Below are positions 38,180 through 48,129 of a stretch of 64,000 bases of DNA, piece by piece. The stretch lies in assembly GCA_046331265.1 (NCBI GenBank), contig JAXLRE010000003.1, positions 10,538 through 74,537 of the forward strand, in the 5' to 3' direction. Each line of letters starts with the position of its first letter. The first letter of the stretch is position 1. This DNA is from Acidimicrobiia bacterium. Its GTDB lineage: Bacteria; Actinomycetota; Acidimicrobiia; IMCC26256; JAGPDB01. The position numbers and the translations under genes were made by a program. The notes beneath the pieces were generated by a model. The model was not told the DNA's origin and ran no database searches. It saw only the letters and a program-made list of their open reading frames with translations.

Positions 38180-38714
38180 GCGAATAGGCTATCGGAATTA
38201 TATATATTCGCGCAGTTTGTTTACATTAATTTTTCTAATAGCTGTTTTTGCCTTTGCGAGTTTACTTATGGGGAATTATATATTTAGTGAAAACAATAAA
38301 ACAGATGGTGTTTATATAGATAAGGTCATTGATGGGGATACGGTAGTCGCTAAATTTCCTGATGGGCATAAAGAAACAATTCGCCTCTTAGGGATAGATA
38401 CTCCTGAAACCCATCATCCAACTAAGCCTGTAGGTTGTTTTGGTCCAGAAGCTGAGACATTCACTCGAAATACATTGTTGGGTAAAAAAGTTAAGCTCGA
38501 GTATGACGTCGAAAAGAAAGATAAATATTCGCGTACATTAGCTTTTATTTATCTTGGTGATAAGCGATTTAACGATGTATTGGTTTCTCAGGGTTACGCC
38601 AAAGTTATGACAATAGAACCAAATACGAAATATTCCGAGATATTAGTAATAGATCAAGTAAATGCGATGAAAAATAATAAAGGTATGTGGGGCTATTGCA
38701 CTAACGATAATTAA
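38178..38714 (+). CDS. thermonuclease (SNase-like), membrane-anchored
   Basis: DGDTVV...IRLLGIDTPET...YSRTLAFIY motifs. The start is uncertain, with candidates from 38106 to 38178. All of them overlap the divergent lipoprotein gene's 5' end. Confidence 0.75.
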   Translation: MRIGYRNYIYSRSLFTLIFLIAVFAFASLLMGNYIFSENNKTDGVYIDKVIDGDTVVAKFPDGHKETIRLLGIDTPETHHPTKPVGCFGPEAETFTRNTLLGKKVKLEYDVEKKDKYSRTLAFIYLGDKRFNDVLVSQGYAKVMTIEPNTKYSEILVIDQVNAMKNNKGMWGYCTNDN

Positions 38715-38716
38715 AA

Positions 38717-39034
38717 CTAAGACTTCATGTTTGTTCGCATTTTACCAAGAGCGCTACCTAATACTTCTCTTGCCTGTGAATGGGTGATGCCTAAATCTGC
38801 TGCAATTTGTTTCATAGATTCTGCATCTCCATTTAAACCGAAGCGTCGATCAACGATTGAATATTCTGCAGCAGTTAAGAAAGCATAAGCATTTGGATCA
38901 GTGCGAAGTTCAATGTAATCATCATCGCTAGTTGGATCTTCAACATCATGCGATGTGTAACTCATATAAGAATCTTCATCTTGATAGATCCATGAATCAT
39001 CCGCATCGAAAACTGTTTCAAAAGGGCTTCTCAT
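38717..39034 (-). CDS. sigma-70 region-4-like HTH protein
   Basis: The C-terminal segment SMKQIAADLGITHSQAREVLGSALGKMR is an HTH. The ATG at 39034 lies 5 nt after GGAGG. The track start at 39046 is a TTG that overlaps this SD. Confidence 0.5.
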   Translation of the reverse strand: MRSPFETVFDADDSWIYQDEDSYMSYTSHDVEDPTSDDDYIELRTDPNAYAFLTAAEYSIVDRRFGLNGDAESMKQIAADLGITHSQAREVLGSALGKMRTNMKS

Positions 39035-39088
39035 GTCTACCTCCAAACAATTGTGTTGCGTTAATACTGCTACTAAATTGTCATAAGG

Positions 39089-40840
39089 TCAAGACTTGTT
39101 TTCGGTGTTTTTTTCTAGATATTTCGCGCGAATGTCCTCAATACGTTTGATTGCCTCTTGTGTAGAAAAAAGGTCGTTTCGAATATCTAGTTGTGATATG
39201 TGTTGATTTATATCTTTTAAAAATGGAGATTCCTTACAAACAAGAATTTGTCCATGGCGTGTACGTACACAAGCTCTCGTAATATGCAATTCATCTAGAG
39301 CCCGAGACATTGCGACATATGCTAAACGTGCTTCTTCTTTAATTCTTATGCGGTCGTTATATAAAGGTACCAGGCCTTTTTCGAAACCTGCGACGATAAC
39401 AGTATTAAATTCAAGTCCTTTTGCCTGATGAAAAGTTAAAAGAGAAAATCCTGCGCTGTGACTATTTGAGCTATCTAATTTTTCCCTTATGTATTCAAAA
39501 AAACCATTTACGTCACCGTGTTTATCATAAGGGAAAAGAGAGATATATTCTTTGGCAGCTTTTCGAAGGTTTAGGTGGACATTAGCTTGTTCTTCGGAAA
39601 GTTCACTGCCAGTGGATTTATCTAGCGAATTTATATCATCTAGTGCATCGTAAATAGATTTCCATTTACGCTTTTTACGCAATGTTGTTATTTGTTGCCA
39701 TATTTCTTTTTCAAATTCACTTTTAAACTCATGGCGTCCAACATGATATTTGATTCCTAACTTATTAGCTGCATTTATAAAGAGTTGTTTTTGAGAGTTG
39801 GTTCTAACTAAAACTGCAATTTCATTTAGCGCTACACCTTTTGCATGAGTTGATGAAATTAAATTTAGGACAGATTTTGCTTCTTCATTTTCATCAGAAA
39901 AAACATGAACTTTTGGTAATACATTTGAAGGTCTAATTGCTTCAACTTTGTATTCTTCGTTTTCAATAACGCTAAGTGCAACCTCTACGTTGGCTTTAGT
40001 TGATCGATAATTTTTATTTAAAAAAACAACTTGAGATCCTGGAAAGAAATCTGAAAAATTATTTAAATAAACATCACTTGATCCTGCGAAAGAAAATATA
40101 GATTGATTAGGGTCACCAACAACAGTTATGGATCCATTTCCTCCTACAAGCATTTGATATATACGCATATGTAAGGGTGTGGTGTCCTGAAACTCATCGA
40201 CTAGCAGATGTCTATATAAGTATCTCCTTGTATTTAAGAAGTTTTCGTTCTTAAGACGATTATGGTATTCGATAAGGAGATCGTCATGGTCCATAAGACC
40301 ATTGTCTTTAAGGTATTTTTTATATTTTCTTGAAGATTCTAAGAACGACTCTAAAGAAATAGATGTTCCGTTTATATGAACATTCTTAAGTATCTTACGA
40401 AAGCTTTCATTATCGATTTTGTTTTCATCTATAAATCTTGTTTTACACCATGAAATAATCCGTAGGATTTTTGTTTGATCTTTAACTTCAAGTTTTTTTA
40501 ATATCTCAACTGAATTTTCGACAAGGTTACGTATTTTTGTCGAGTTGTCATCATGAAAATTTTTCAATTCATTTAAAGCAAATGCATGTAAAGTGCCGAC
40601 AATAGGCCGTTCACGTGAAGTGTCGCCAAATATTTTTGCAATTCTGTTTGCAAGCTCAAATCCTGCTTTTCTAGTAAAAGTAATTGCAACAATTTGTTCA
40701 GGTAAGCATTTTTCAGACTTGATTAAGTATTCAATACGTTTAACTAGGACTCTTGTTTTTCCTGAACCTGCAGAGGCCACTATGCATAGCCTGCTTGCTG
40801 GGCTGTAAGCGGCATTGTGCTGATCTGCGTCGAGATCCAT
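39089..40840 (-). CDS. UvrD/PcrA-family DNA helicase
   Basis: Walker A (ASAGSGKTRVL), DEFQDT and further helicase motifs. I prefer the start at 40840 (MDLDADQHNAA...), which leaves a 92-nt divergent intergenic region. The track start is 40909. Confidence 0.8.
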   Translation of the reverse strand: MDLDADQHNAAYSPASRLCIVASAGSGKTRVLVKRIEYLIKSEKCLPEQIVAITFTRKAGFELANRIAKIFGDTSRERPIVGTLHAFALNELKNFHDDNSTKIRNLVENSVEILKKLEVKDQTKILRIISWCKTRFIDENKIDNESFRKILKNVHINGTSISLESFLESSRKYKKYLKDNGLMDHDDLLIEYHNRLKNENFLNTRRYLYRHLLVDEFQDTTPLHMRIYQMLVGGNGSITVVGDPNQSIFSFAGSSDVYLNNFSDFFPGSQVVFLNKNYRSTKANVEVALSVIENEEYKVEAIRPSNVLPKVHVFSDENEEAKSVLNLISSTHAKGVALNEIAVLVRTNSQKQLFINAANKLGIKYHVGRHEFKSEFEKEIWQQITTLRKKRKWKSIYDALDDINSLDKSTGSELSEEQANVHLNLRKAAKEYISLFPYDKHGDVNGFFEYIREKLDSSNSHSAGFSLLTFHQAKGLEFNTVIVAGFEKGLVPLYNDRIRIKEEARLAYVAMSRALDELHITRACVRTRHGQILVCKESPFLKDINQHISQLDIRNDLFSTQEAIKRIEDIRAKYLEKNTENKS

Positions 40841-40932
40841 ATATAAATTTTGTTCAGCAAATGTCACCATTAAAAGATAGTCAATAAACTTAATCGACGT
40901 CACATGCAAGCATTTAGCAGTAGTATTTATAC

Positions 40933-41460
40933 ATGCGTTGCGCTATTAGTATTTTTGGTACAGATCGACCTGGGATAATTGCAAATGTGACTTCGATACT
41001 TGCAGATAATTCTGTAAATATTGAAGATGCATCTATGACATTGCTTCAAGGTCATTTCGCGATGATATTGGTGGCAGAAATAAATGCAGATAAATATGAA
41101 AAAGTTCAAGAAACTTTAAATGGCCATTCTCAACTAGAGAATGTTTCTTTTAATTTTCTAGAGATTGAAGATGTGCCTGAGGTAGAACCTACTAGTTCAA
41201 TATCTAAGTACGTTTTTCACTTATCCGTTTCAGACACACCAGGTATTGTCGCAAGTGTGACACAAGTTCTATCTAAATATGGTGCAAATATTGTTGACTG
41301 TGCAACAAGAAAAAACAATGACACTGGTGTATTTACGATGATTCTCGATGTTGATGTTGAAACAGATAAAGAAGATGAAGTCGTAAAAGAAATTGATAAA
41401 GTAACCCATCAGTATTCAGGCGACATTGTGTTTCAGAAATTAGATGATGTTGATCTTTAA
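40933..41460 (+). CDS. tandem ACT-domain protein (GcvR-like)
   Basis: 175 aa. Two ACT-like repeats (GTDRPGIIANVTSIL and VSDTPGIVASVTQVL). Confidence 0.6.
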   Translation: MRCAISIFGTDRPGIIANVTSILADNSVNIEDASMTLLQGHFAMILVAEINADKYEKVQETLNGHSQLENVSFNFLEIEDVPEVEPTSSISKYVFHLSVSDTPGIVASVTQVLSKYGANIVDCATRKNNDTGVFTMILDVDVETDKEDEVVKEIDKVTHQYSGDIVFQKLDDVDL

Positions 41461-41964
41461 ATGTGTAACAACGAAATAGTTTTATATCCAAACGAAATAC
41501 TCAAATCAAAAACAAAAAGTGTTGATGATGTTAATTCTGAAGAAATTCAGAATTATATAGATGATCTTTTAAACACGATGAATGCATACAACCACTGTGT
41601 TGGTCTAGCCGCAAATCAGATAGGTATTAATTACCAGATTTTTGTTGCGGATGCTTCAAAAAATAAAAGCTGTAACATGTCTCATGGTTTGATCATTGCA
41701 GTTAACCCAAAGGTTACTGTCAGCGAAGGAACAGAAATTTCTCGGGAAGGTTGTATGAGTGTACCTGACCTTACAGGTAACGTGACGCGTTCTGTCCAAC
41801 TTGAATTTGAGGCGCGAGATCGAAATGGTGAAGTTTTCAACTTAAGCGTGAATGGATTTGAAGCTAGAGTTATTCAACATGAAATAGACCATCTAAATGG
41901 CAAAGTCTTTTTAGATAGGGTCAAATCAGCCCGAGATGTGTATTCACGTAAGAAATATAGGTAA
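41461..41964 (+). CDS. def: peptide deformylase
   Basis: The three deformylase motifs are present: GLAANQIG, EGCMSVP and QHEIDHLNG. Confidence 0.9.
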   Translation: MCNNEIVLYPNEILKSKTKSVDDVNSEEIQNYIDDLLNTMNAYNHCVGLAANQIGINYQIFVADASKNKSCNMSHGLIIAVNPKVTVSEGTEISREGCMSVPDLTGNVTRSVQLEFEARDRNGEVFNLSVNGFEARVIQHEIDHLNGKVFLDRVKSARDVYSRKKYR

Positions 41965-42008
41965 AGCCTATTCCGTATTTTTCTATATAAGAGAACTAAT
42001 ATTTACGA

Positions 42009-42704
42009 ATGGCTTATCCAAGAGAATTATTAAATGATGGAGAAGAGCTTTCGCTCGACCTTCGTCCACACTGGTGGTTTTTTGCTAGAAACTTCCTTTT
42101 TGGTGGTGTGCTTCTAATCGCTTTAATTGTAATCGGATTTATTCCAAGTGGTGATTCGACAGCTAAAACTGGTTCGACAGAGAATCTTCTATATGTAGCA
42201 CAAAAATATGCTCTTCTTATTTGGTTTATAGTTTTACTTGTCTGGGCTTTTTTTCTTGTAGCAGCATATCTGCAATGGATCTATACATTGTTTGTTGTAA
42301 CAAGTGACAGAATAATTTATCGCCATGGTGTTATCGCAAAAAGAGGAATCGAAATTCCGTTAGAACGTTTGAACAATATAAATTTTGAGCAAACAATATT
42401 CGAACGAATAATTGGTGCTGGCACATTGATTATTGAATCTGCTGGTGAAGACGGACGCAGTACATTTAAGGATGTTCGCCATCCTGACGCTGTACAACAA
42501 GAAATAAATCGATGCCGTGAAATTAATGATCGCAATACTTCACGTTACGCAACAGAAGGTCTAGAAAGTCTCATATCAAACGGCGGTCATTCTATGATGT
42601 CGATACCTGAGCAAATAGAAAAACTGGCACAGCTTCGAGATCAGAATGTAATTACAGAAGCAGAATTTATCGAGAAGAAACAAAGACTTCTAGATCAAAT
42701 GTGA
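42009..42704 (+). CDS. bacterial PH (YdbS/DUF304-like) membrane protein with C-terminal SHOCT domain
   Basis: Two TM helices followed by a bPH-like region (VTSDRIIYRHGVIAKRGIEIPLERL). The C-terminal segment IPEQIEKLAQLRDQNVITEAEFIEKKQRLL is SHOCT-like. Confidence 0.6.
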   Translation: MAYPRELLNDGEELSLDLRPHWWFFARNFLFGGVLLIALIVIGFIPSGDSTAKTGSTENLLYVAQKYALLIWFIVLLVWAFFLVAAYLQWIYTLFVVTSDRIIYRHGVIAKRGIEIPLERLNNINFEQTIFERIIGAGTLIIESAGEDGRSTFKDVRHPDAVQQEINRCREINDRNTSRYATEGLESLISNGGHSMMSIPEQIEKLAQLRDQNVITEAEFIEKKQRLLDQM

Positions 42705-43081
42705 TGAATGAACTAGAACGTTTTCACCACGACTTTGCATACTTAGCAATTGCAATAAATATTCTTGCAAGTATCTGGATGTTTTTATCTTTAAAAATTG
42801 TGGATTTAAAAAGGAAAAAATATTTCTTTGCGCCTGTTTACATTGGTTGGTTAGCAATATGTGTTCAAGCATTTTTAGGCATATCACTTTTCATGTCAGG
42901 CGAAAAACTAGGAACTGGAAAAGGTTTTCATTATTTCTACGGATTCATTGCGATGATGACTGCAGCAATTTTGTTTTCATATTCTAAAACGATGGGAAAA
43001 AAGAAAATACTTATATATGCGGTTTCTTCTTTGTTTTTAGGCGGACTGGGCATTAGAGCAGCTTGGATTGCTTTCTCTTAA
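42701..43081 (+). CDS. small polytopic membrane protein
   Basis: 126 aa with four hydrophobic segments. Confidence 0.4.
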   Translation: MMNELERFHHDFAYLAIAINILASIWMFLSLKIVDLKRKKYFFAPVYIGWLAICVQAFLGISLFMSGEKLGTGKGFHYFYGFIAMMTAAILFSYSKTMGKKKILIYAVSSLFLGGLGIRAAWIAFS

Positions 43082-43123
43082 GTTTTTGGACAGAAAACCC
43101 GACTGTTGGTCTAGAATAAATCT

Positions 43124-44212
43124 ATGGATAAGCAATTTAAAGATTCACGTTTACGAGTTGGCGTTATTTATGGTGGACAAAGCGCTGAAAGAGATGTCTC
43201 TGCTGTAAGTGCTCGTGCTGTAGTGCAAAATCTTGATCCTGAAAAATATGAAGTTCTTCCTGTTGTTATTACTGAAACTGGCGAGTGGGTTTTTGCTGAA
43301 GAAACATATAAACAACTTCAACAGTCAAGATTCGAACTTCCTAAGTCGTTATCACTTAATGGTGCTGAACTTGTAGAAAGATCTGGCGCTATTGCTGTTG
43401 GTGGCAATCCGGTAGATATTGTGATCCCTATGCTTCATGGTCCTTATGGAGAAGATGGAACGATTCAGGGTCTATTAGAAATGGCAGATATCCCATATGT
43501 TGGTACATCAGTTTTAGGTTCAGCGATATGTATGAACAAAATTGCGTGTAAAAATATGTTGACATCGCATTTAATTCCGATTGCTCCGTTTATTTATACA
43601 CGCGAAAGTGAACTAGTTGGTTTTGTCGATAAAGTCGAAACAATTATTTCATATCCTTGTTTTGTTAAACCAGCAAATCTTGGTTCTTCAGTTGGTATAA
43701 CTAAAGCACATGATCGAGATGAACTTGCAGATGCAATTGAAATTGCTTTGAAATATGACGAATGGATTGTTGTAGAAAAAGCTGTTGATGCACGCGAAAT
43801 TGAACTATCTGTAATGGGTGATGTAGACGTTCAAGCTAGTGTTCCAGGAGAAATTGTTCCCGGCGAAGAGTTTTATTCTTATACCGATAAATATGTGACA
43901 GATGCAGCTGAGCTTAGGATCCCTGCACCATTGTCTGAACGTGAAATGGCTGCGGCACAAGACTTAGCTATACGTGCATATAAAGCTTTGTGCTGTGACG
44001 GTATGGCTCGAGTTGATTTATTTTATGAAAAGGGAACAGGCAAGTGGATGGTTAATGAACTAAACACTATTCCAGGATTTACCCCTATATCGATGTTTCC
44101 AAAACTTTTTGAATATTCAGGTAAAAGTTATTCACAGCTCTTGGATGAATTAATTGCAATCGCACTAGATCGTCATGATCGACGTAACTCTAAGAAAAAT
44201 CTAGAACATTAA
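43124..44212 (+). CDS. ddl: D-alanine--D-alanine ligase
   Basis: 362 aa. Has HGPYGEDGTIQGLLE, an ATP-grasp domain and a C-terminal NELNTIPGFT motif. Confidence 0.9.
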   Translation: MDKQFKDSRLRVGVIYGGQSAERDVSAVSARAVVQNLDPEKYEVLPVVITETGEWVFAEETYKQLQQSRFELPKSLSLNGAELVERSGAIAVGGNPVDIVIPMLHGPYGEDGTIQGLLEMADIPYVGTSVLGSAICMNKIACKNMLTSHLIPIAPFIYTRESELVGFVDKVETIISYPCFVKPANLGSSVGITKAHDRDELADAIEIALKYDEWIVVEKAVDAREIELSVMGDVDVQASVPGEIVPGEEFYSYTDKYVTDAAELRIPAPLSEREMAAAQDLAIRAYKALCCDGMARVDLFYEKGTGKWMVNELNTIPGFTPISMFPKLFEYSGKSYSQLLDELIAIALDRHDRRNSKKNLEH

Positions 44213-44215
44213 AAG

Positions 44216-44461
44216 TTATATGTGAACAACTGGGCAAGTTAGCGTTCTAGTTATTCCTCCAATTTTTTGGATATCAGATACAACTTTTTTGCCTAAATCG
44301 TCCATCGTTTCTGCTTCAACTTTAACTAGAACATCATATGGTCCAGTTATTGCGTCTACAAAAACAACACCGTTAACTTGATTAGCTGCTGTCGCAACAC
44401 CTGATGCTGCACCAACTTCGCTTTGGATAAGGATATGCTGAAACTGCCATTGTTGAATCAT
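44216..44461 (-). CDS. stand-alone Lrp/AsnC ligand-binding (RAM) domain protein
   Basis: 81 aa. GPYDVLVKVEAETMDDL resembles the AsnC_trans_reg effector domain. No HTH is present. Confidence 0.55.
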   Translation of the reverse strand: MIQQWQFQHILIQSEVGAASGVATAANQVNGVVFVDAITGPYDVLVKVEAETMDDLGKKVVSDIQKIGGITRTLTCPVVHI

Positions 44462-44482
44462 AGCCCATTTCCTAAGCTGCTT

Positions 44483-44538
44483 GGTGTTACGATTTTCTAT
44501 CGAAATTCGATAGTAAACAAACCCGCCCCAACACGGGG
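44483..44538 (-). repeat. third copy of the about 55-nt palindromic element (family shared with 52563-52618 and 53670-53725)
   Basis: Shares the blocks GATTTTCTATCGAAA, CGATAGT and CCCAACACGGG with 53670-53725. Contains the 17-bp perfect palindrome CTATCGAAATTCGATAG (44497-44513). Confidence 0.7.
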
Positions 44539-44598
44539 TAAGCGGTAGCTAAATATGGGAGAATTGCCCGAAAATTCGCATTTTGATATTATTTTTAC

Positions 44599-45948
44599 AT
44601 GGGAATTTTTAAACGAACACCTCAAATAACGATTTCAGACGATGTATTGGCAGAAATTGGTCGACGAAAAACAGAACGTGAAAGAGTTATTGCAGAAAAT
44701 GAAGTTACTCCGGAAAAAGTGCGAGCAGCAATAACAGATCGTGATTGGGCTCGCTTGGAAAAACTTTTTAGAACCAATGATCATTTTATTGTCAATTACG
44801 CAGATATAACTGATGAAGAACGGAGAGGTATTGAAGATCTTCATGATGAGATCACTGAACTAATACGAAATTCAGATGTCACACCAGAATTAGTTTCGTT
44901 TATTTCATTTTATTATGAGCGTACATGGATCGGTGTGGAAGACGTTGATGCCCTGTGTGCTGATCGAATTGATGAAGCAGGCCTAGAGATACGAATTACT
45001 TTTCCAAATCTTAAATGGGGGACTCCTCCACGCGACATAGCTGAATTTATATCGAAATCAGATTTATTTACGAGTAAATTTGGCGAGAAGCTTGTTAGCC
45101 ATGTAATTAGTCATATTCGTATTGATAACGCTGCCGATGCTGAAGAATTTGCAACGGCACTCGATCCGATTATTGACTTAAAAGGCGATTGGAATTTATA
45201 TGGCTTCTTGAGAAGATTTGAAGGATTAGATGACTTCCAACTGATAATCGACAAATCACAATTTCAAAAAATGTTAAGAAATAGTCAAAATGGTTCAGTA
45301 GCTTATCTATTAGCAAATGGAAAGTATCCAAATGTAGATCATAGTGATTTTGAAATTGCTGTTAGGGCTATTGGGGAAGAAAATATCCATCCATTTTCTG
45401 GCGGCACTGAAAACAGCCAAACTAACGTCGCAAAATTAATTTTAGATAAATTACCAAAAGTAACTAAATCTGATATTGATGTAATCGTAGAACAATTGAC
45501 TTTACATCCAACCAACTCTCAGCTAAACCTGATACTTTCAAAAGCTCTTGATAAATTACCTTCACGAAACGGTAGTAACGATGCCATAGTCTCAGCGTTA
45601 ATACCTCTTAATAGAGACGGTGTTACAAAAGTATTAATTGAAAAAGGCATCTATTCTCCAGATTCAGAAAGCATCACTCGCTTTTTTACTGAAGGACATT
45701 ACGGTTCGGTTGAAGCGTTGGCCGTAAAAGGATTTATACCTAGTTCAGAAGAATTCGATAGAGCGCTAAGCGATGAAAGGAGCGATTTAATCGGAATGTT
45801 CATTGCTAACGGTTATGTTCCATCAACAGTCGATCAAGTCCGTGCATTGCCAGACTATATAATGACAGCTCTTGAAGAACGACTTAGCGCTAACGGTGTA
45901 AAAATACCAACAGTTGCAACGAATTTAATAGAAGCACCTGGCCTTTAA
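44599..45948 (+). CDS. hypothetical protein with C-terminal short helical repeats
   Basis: 449-aa ORF with no known motif. The repeated pattern is described in the findings. Confidence 0.5.
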   Translation: MGIFKRTPQITISDDVLAEIGRRKTERERVIAENEVTPEKVRAAITDRDWARLEKLFRTNDHFIVNYADITDEERRGIEDLHDEITELIRNSDVTPELVSFISFYYERTWIGVEDVDALCADRIDEAGLEIRITFPNLKWGTPPRDIAEFISKSDLFTSKFGEKLVSHVISHIRIDNAADAEEFATALDPIIDLKGDWNLYGFLRRFEGLDDFQLIIDKSQFQKMLRNSQNGSVAYLLANGKYPNVDHSDFEIAVRAIGEENIHPFSGGTENSQTNVAKLILDKLPKVTKSDIDVIVEQLTLHPTNSQLNLILSKALDKLPSRNGSNDAIVSALIPLNRDGVTKVLIEKGIYSPDSESITRFFTEGHYGSVEALAVKGFIPSSEEFDRALSDERSDLIGMFIANGYVPSTVDQVRALPDYIMTALEERLSANGVKIPTVATNLIEAPGL

Positions 45949-47778
45949 TCAAATAACATCAACATCCATTTCATTAACGCGTTTAGTTAGATTTTCTAGT
46001 TGTACGCCAAGAGCTGAAGGTAAACGGTCACCAAAAGTCTCATAGTGAGATGCAATAGATTCGCATTCTGTTTCCCATTGAGATTTTCTTACAGCCAATG
46101 CTCTAGCAACGTAATCTGAATTTAATGCGTTATCGAAATTGATTTCTTCTGCATGAGCAACAATTCCAACAGGTGTCTCAACACCATCAGTTCTACCTTC
46201 AAGACGATCAATGATCCATGATAAGACACGAATATTGTCACCAAAACCAGCCCATAGAAATTCGCCAGTTCCGTCAGCTTTTCTAAACCAGTTAACACCA
46301 TAGATCCTAGGTAATTTATCTCTATCAATTTTGTCTTCCATTGACAGCCAATGTGCAAAGTAGTCACCCATGTTATATCCGCAAAACGGCAACATAGCCA
46401 TAGGATCACGACGAACTTCACCGACCACACCTTCAGCGGCTGCAGTTTTTTCAGACGCAATTGCGCTTGCTATGAAAACACCATGCTCCCAGTCGAATGC
46501 TTCATATACCAAAGGAACAGTTGTAGCTCGCCGTCCACCTAACAATATTGCGCTAATTGGAACACCAGCAGGATCTTCCCATTCTGGAGCAATAGATGGG
46601 CACTGAGAAGCAGGTGCAGTGAAACGTGAATTTGGATGAGCAGCCACTTCACCAGAAGCAGGATCATAAGGTTCGTGCTTCCAAGTTGTTAAGTTTTCTG
46701 GTGCTTGTTTTGTTAAACCTTCCCACCATATGTCGCCATCTTGTGTAATTGCAGTATTGGTAAATATCGTGTTCTTGTCCAATGTTCCTAAACCATTAGG
46801 ATTAGTTTTTTCAGATGTTCCAGGTGCTACACCAAAGACACCGAACTCTGGGTTAATTGCGCGAAGGCGACCATCTGATCCGATCTTCATCCAAGCGATA
46901 TCATCACCGATCATTTCAACTTTGTATCCAGGTAAAGAAGGAACAACCATCGCTAAATTAGTTTTACCGCATGCGGATGGAAATGCTCCAGCCATATAAT
47001 GAACTTCGCCGCGCGGAGAAGTTACTTTAATTATCAACATGTGTTCAGCTAACCAGCCCTCGTCGCGTGCAATAACGCTTGCTATACGTAGAGCAAAACA
47101 TTTTTTACCTAATAACGCATTGCCGCCATATCCTGAACCATAAGACCATATTTCTCTTGTCTCTGGGTAATGAACAATATATTTTTCATTATTACAAGGC
47201 CAAGGAACATCTTCTTTTTTGTTTCCAGATTCATCGATTAATGCCATACCAACACTATGAACACATGGAACATAGTTTGTTGAATCACCAAGTTGATCTA
47301 AAACTTTTGATCCCATGCGAGTCATTGTCCTCATGGAAAGTGCTACATAAGGTGAGTCAGTCAATTCGACACCAATATAAGAAAGTGGGGAACCAAGCGG
47401 TCCCATACAAAATGGAACAACATACATAGTTCGTCCTTGCATGGTGCCATCAAACTTTTCGTTTAAGATCGATCGCATTTTTTCAGGATCCATCCAGTTA
47501 TTTGTTGGCCCGGCATCTACTTCTTTTTCTGAACAAATAAAAGTACGATCTTCAACACGCGCTACGTCACTAGGATCAGAAGTTGCCCAATAACTATTTG
47601 GTCTTAACTCCTCATTTAGTTTTGTGAGAGTTTTCGAGTTAATTAATAATGATATTAAATAATCTTTTTCTTCTTCGCTACCGTCACACCAGTGAACACT
47701 CTCTGGCTTTGTCAGGTTAGCAACTTGGTTTACCCAATCGATAAGGTGAGCATTTTTGGTATTAGGTTGTTGGACCAT
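45949..47778 (-). CDS. pckG: phosphoenolpyruvate carboxykinase (GTP)
   Basis: 609 aa. Has the FPSACGKTN kinase-1a motif, and the full-length sequence resembles GTP-type PEPCK. Confidence 0.95.
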   Translation of the reverse strand: MVQQPNTKNAHLIDWVNQVANLTKPESVHWCDGSEEEKDYLISLLINSKTLTKLNEELRPNSYWATSDPSDVARVEDRTFICSEKEVDAGPTNNWMDPEKMRSILNEKFDGTMQGRTMYVVPFCMGPLGSPLSYIGVELTDSPYVALSMRTMTRMGSKVLDQLGDSTNYVPCVHSVGMALIDESGNKKEDVPWPCNNEKYIVHYPETREIWSYGSGYGGNALLGKKCFALRIASVIARDEGWLAEHMLIIKVTSPRGEVHYMAGAFPSACGKTNLAMVVPSLPGYKVEMIGDDIAWMKIGSDGRLRAINPEFGVFGVAPGTSEKTNPNGLGTLDKNTIFTNTAITQDGDIWWEGLTKQAPENLTTWKHEPYDPASGEVAAHPNSRFTAPASQCPSIAPEWEDPAGVPISAILLGGRRATTVPLVYEAFDWEHGVFIASAIASEKTAAAEGVVGEVRRDPMAMLPFCGYNMGDYFAHWLSMEDKIDRDKLPRIYGVNWFRKADGTGEFLWAGFGDNIRVLSWIIDRLEGRTDGVETPVGIVAHAEEINFDNALNSDYVARALAVRKSQWETECESIASHYETFGDRLPSALGVQLENLTKRVNEMDVDVI

Positions 47779-47881
47779 TTATCTTCCTTTAAATGTAGAT
47801 TGGTTTATTTATATAACCCTATACCTAGAAATAGTTTCCAGGTAAATAATTGTGAAGAAAATATTGATGTTGACCTAAGGT

Positions 47882-48112
47882 TTATACACGTGCGGTAGAG
47901 ATACCCATGTCACCTTCGGATCCTATACGAACATTTATCGCGTGAGAGTCATCATCTATTTCAAAATTAACTCGTTGTCCTTGGCGCAATATATTGAATA
48001 TTGAATTATCCAATGCGCTGGTCGATAGTGGATATATGGTCCTATCTGCGGTATCAGACATAACGGTACCATTTTGGGTTGCTGGATCGAAAGATACAAT
48101 TACTCCTTGCAT
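47882..48112 (-). CDS. small hypothetical protein (possible OB/cold-shock-like fold)
   Basis: 76-aa ORF with only weak resemblance to CSD-like proteins. Confidence 0.35.
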   Translation of the reverse strand: MQGVIVSFDPATQNGTVMSDTADRTIYPLSTSALDNSIFNILRQGQRVNFEIDDDSHAINVRIGSEGDMGISTARV

Positions 48113-48129
48113 ATGATTAGCCTAGTTCT

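Noticed and set aside
27335-40909. PD-(D/E)XK nuclease (27335-28105), thermonuclease (38178-38714), HTH protein plus UvrD-like helicase (38717-40840) considered as a defence island
   Set aside because: The genes are not contiguous with each other and are interspersed with purK, bioY and etfAB. They lack partner methylase, ATPase or effector genes. Each has common housekeeping homologs in Actinobacteria.
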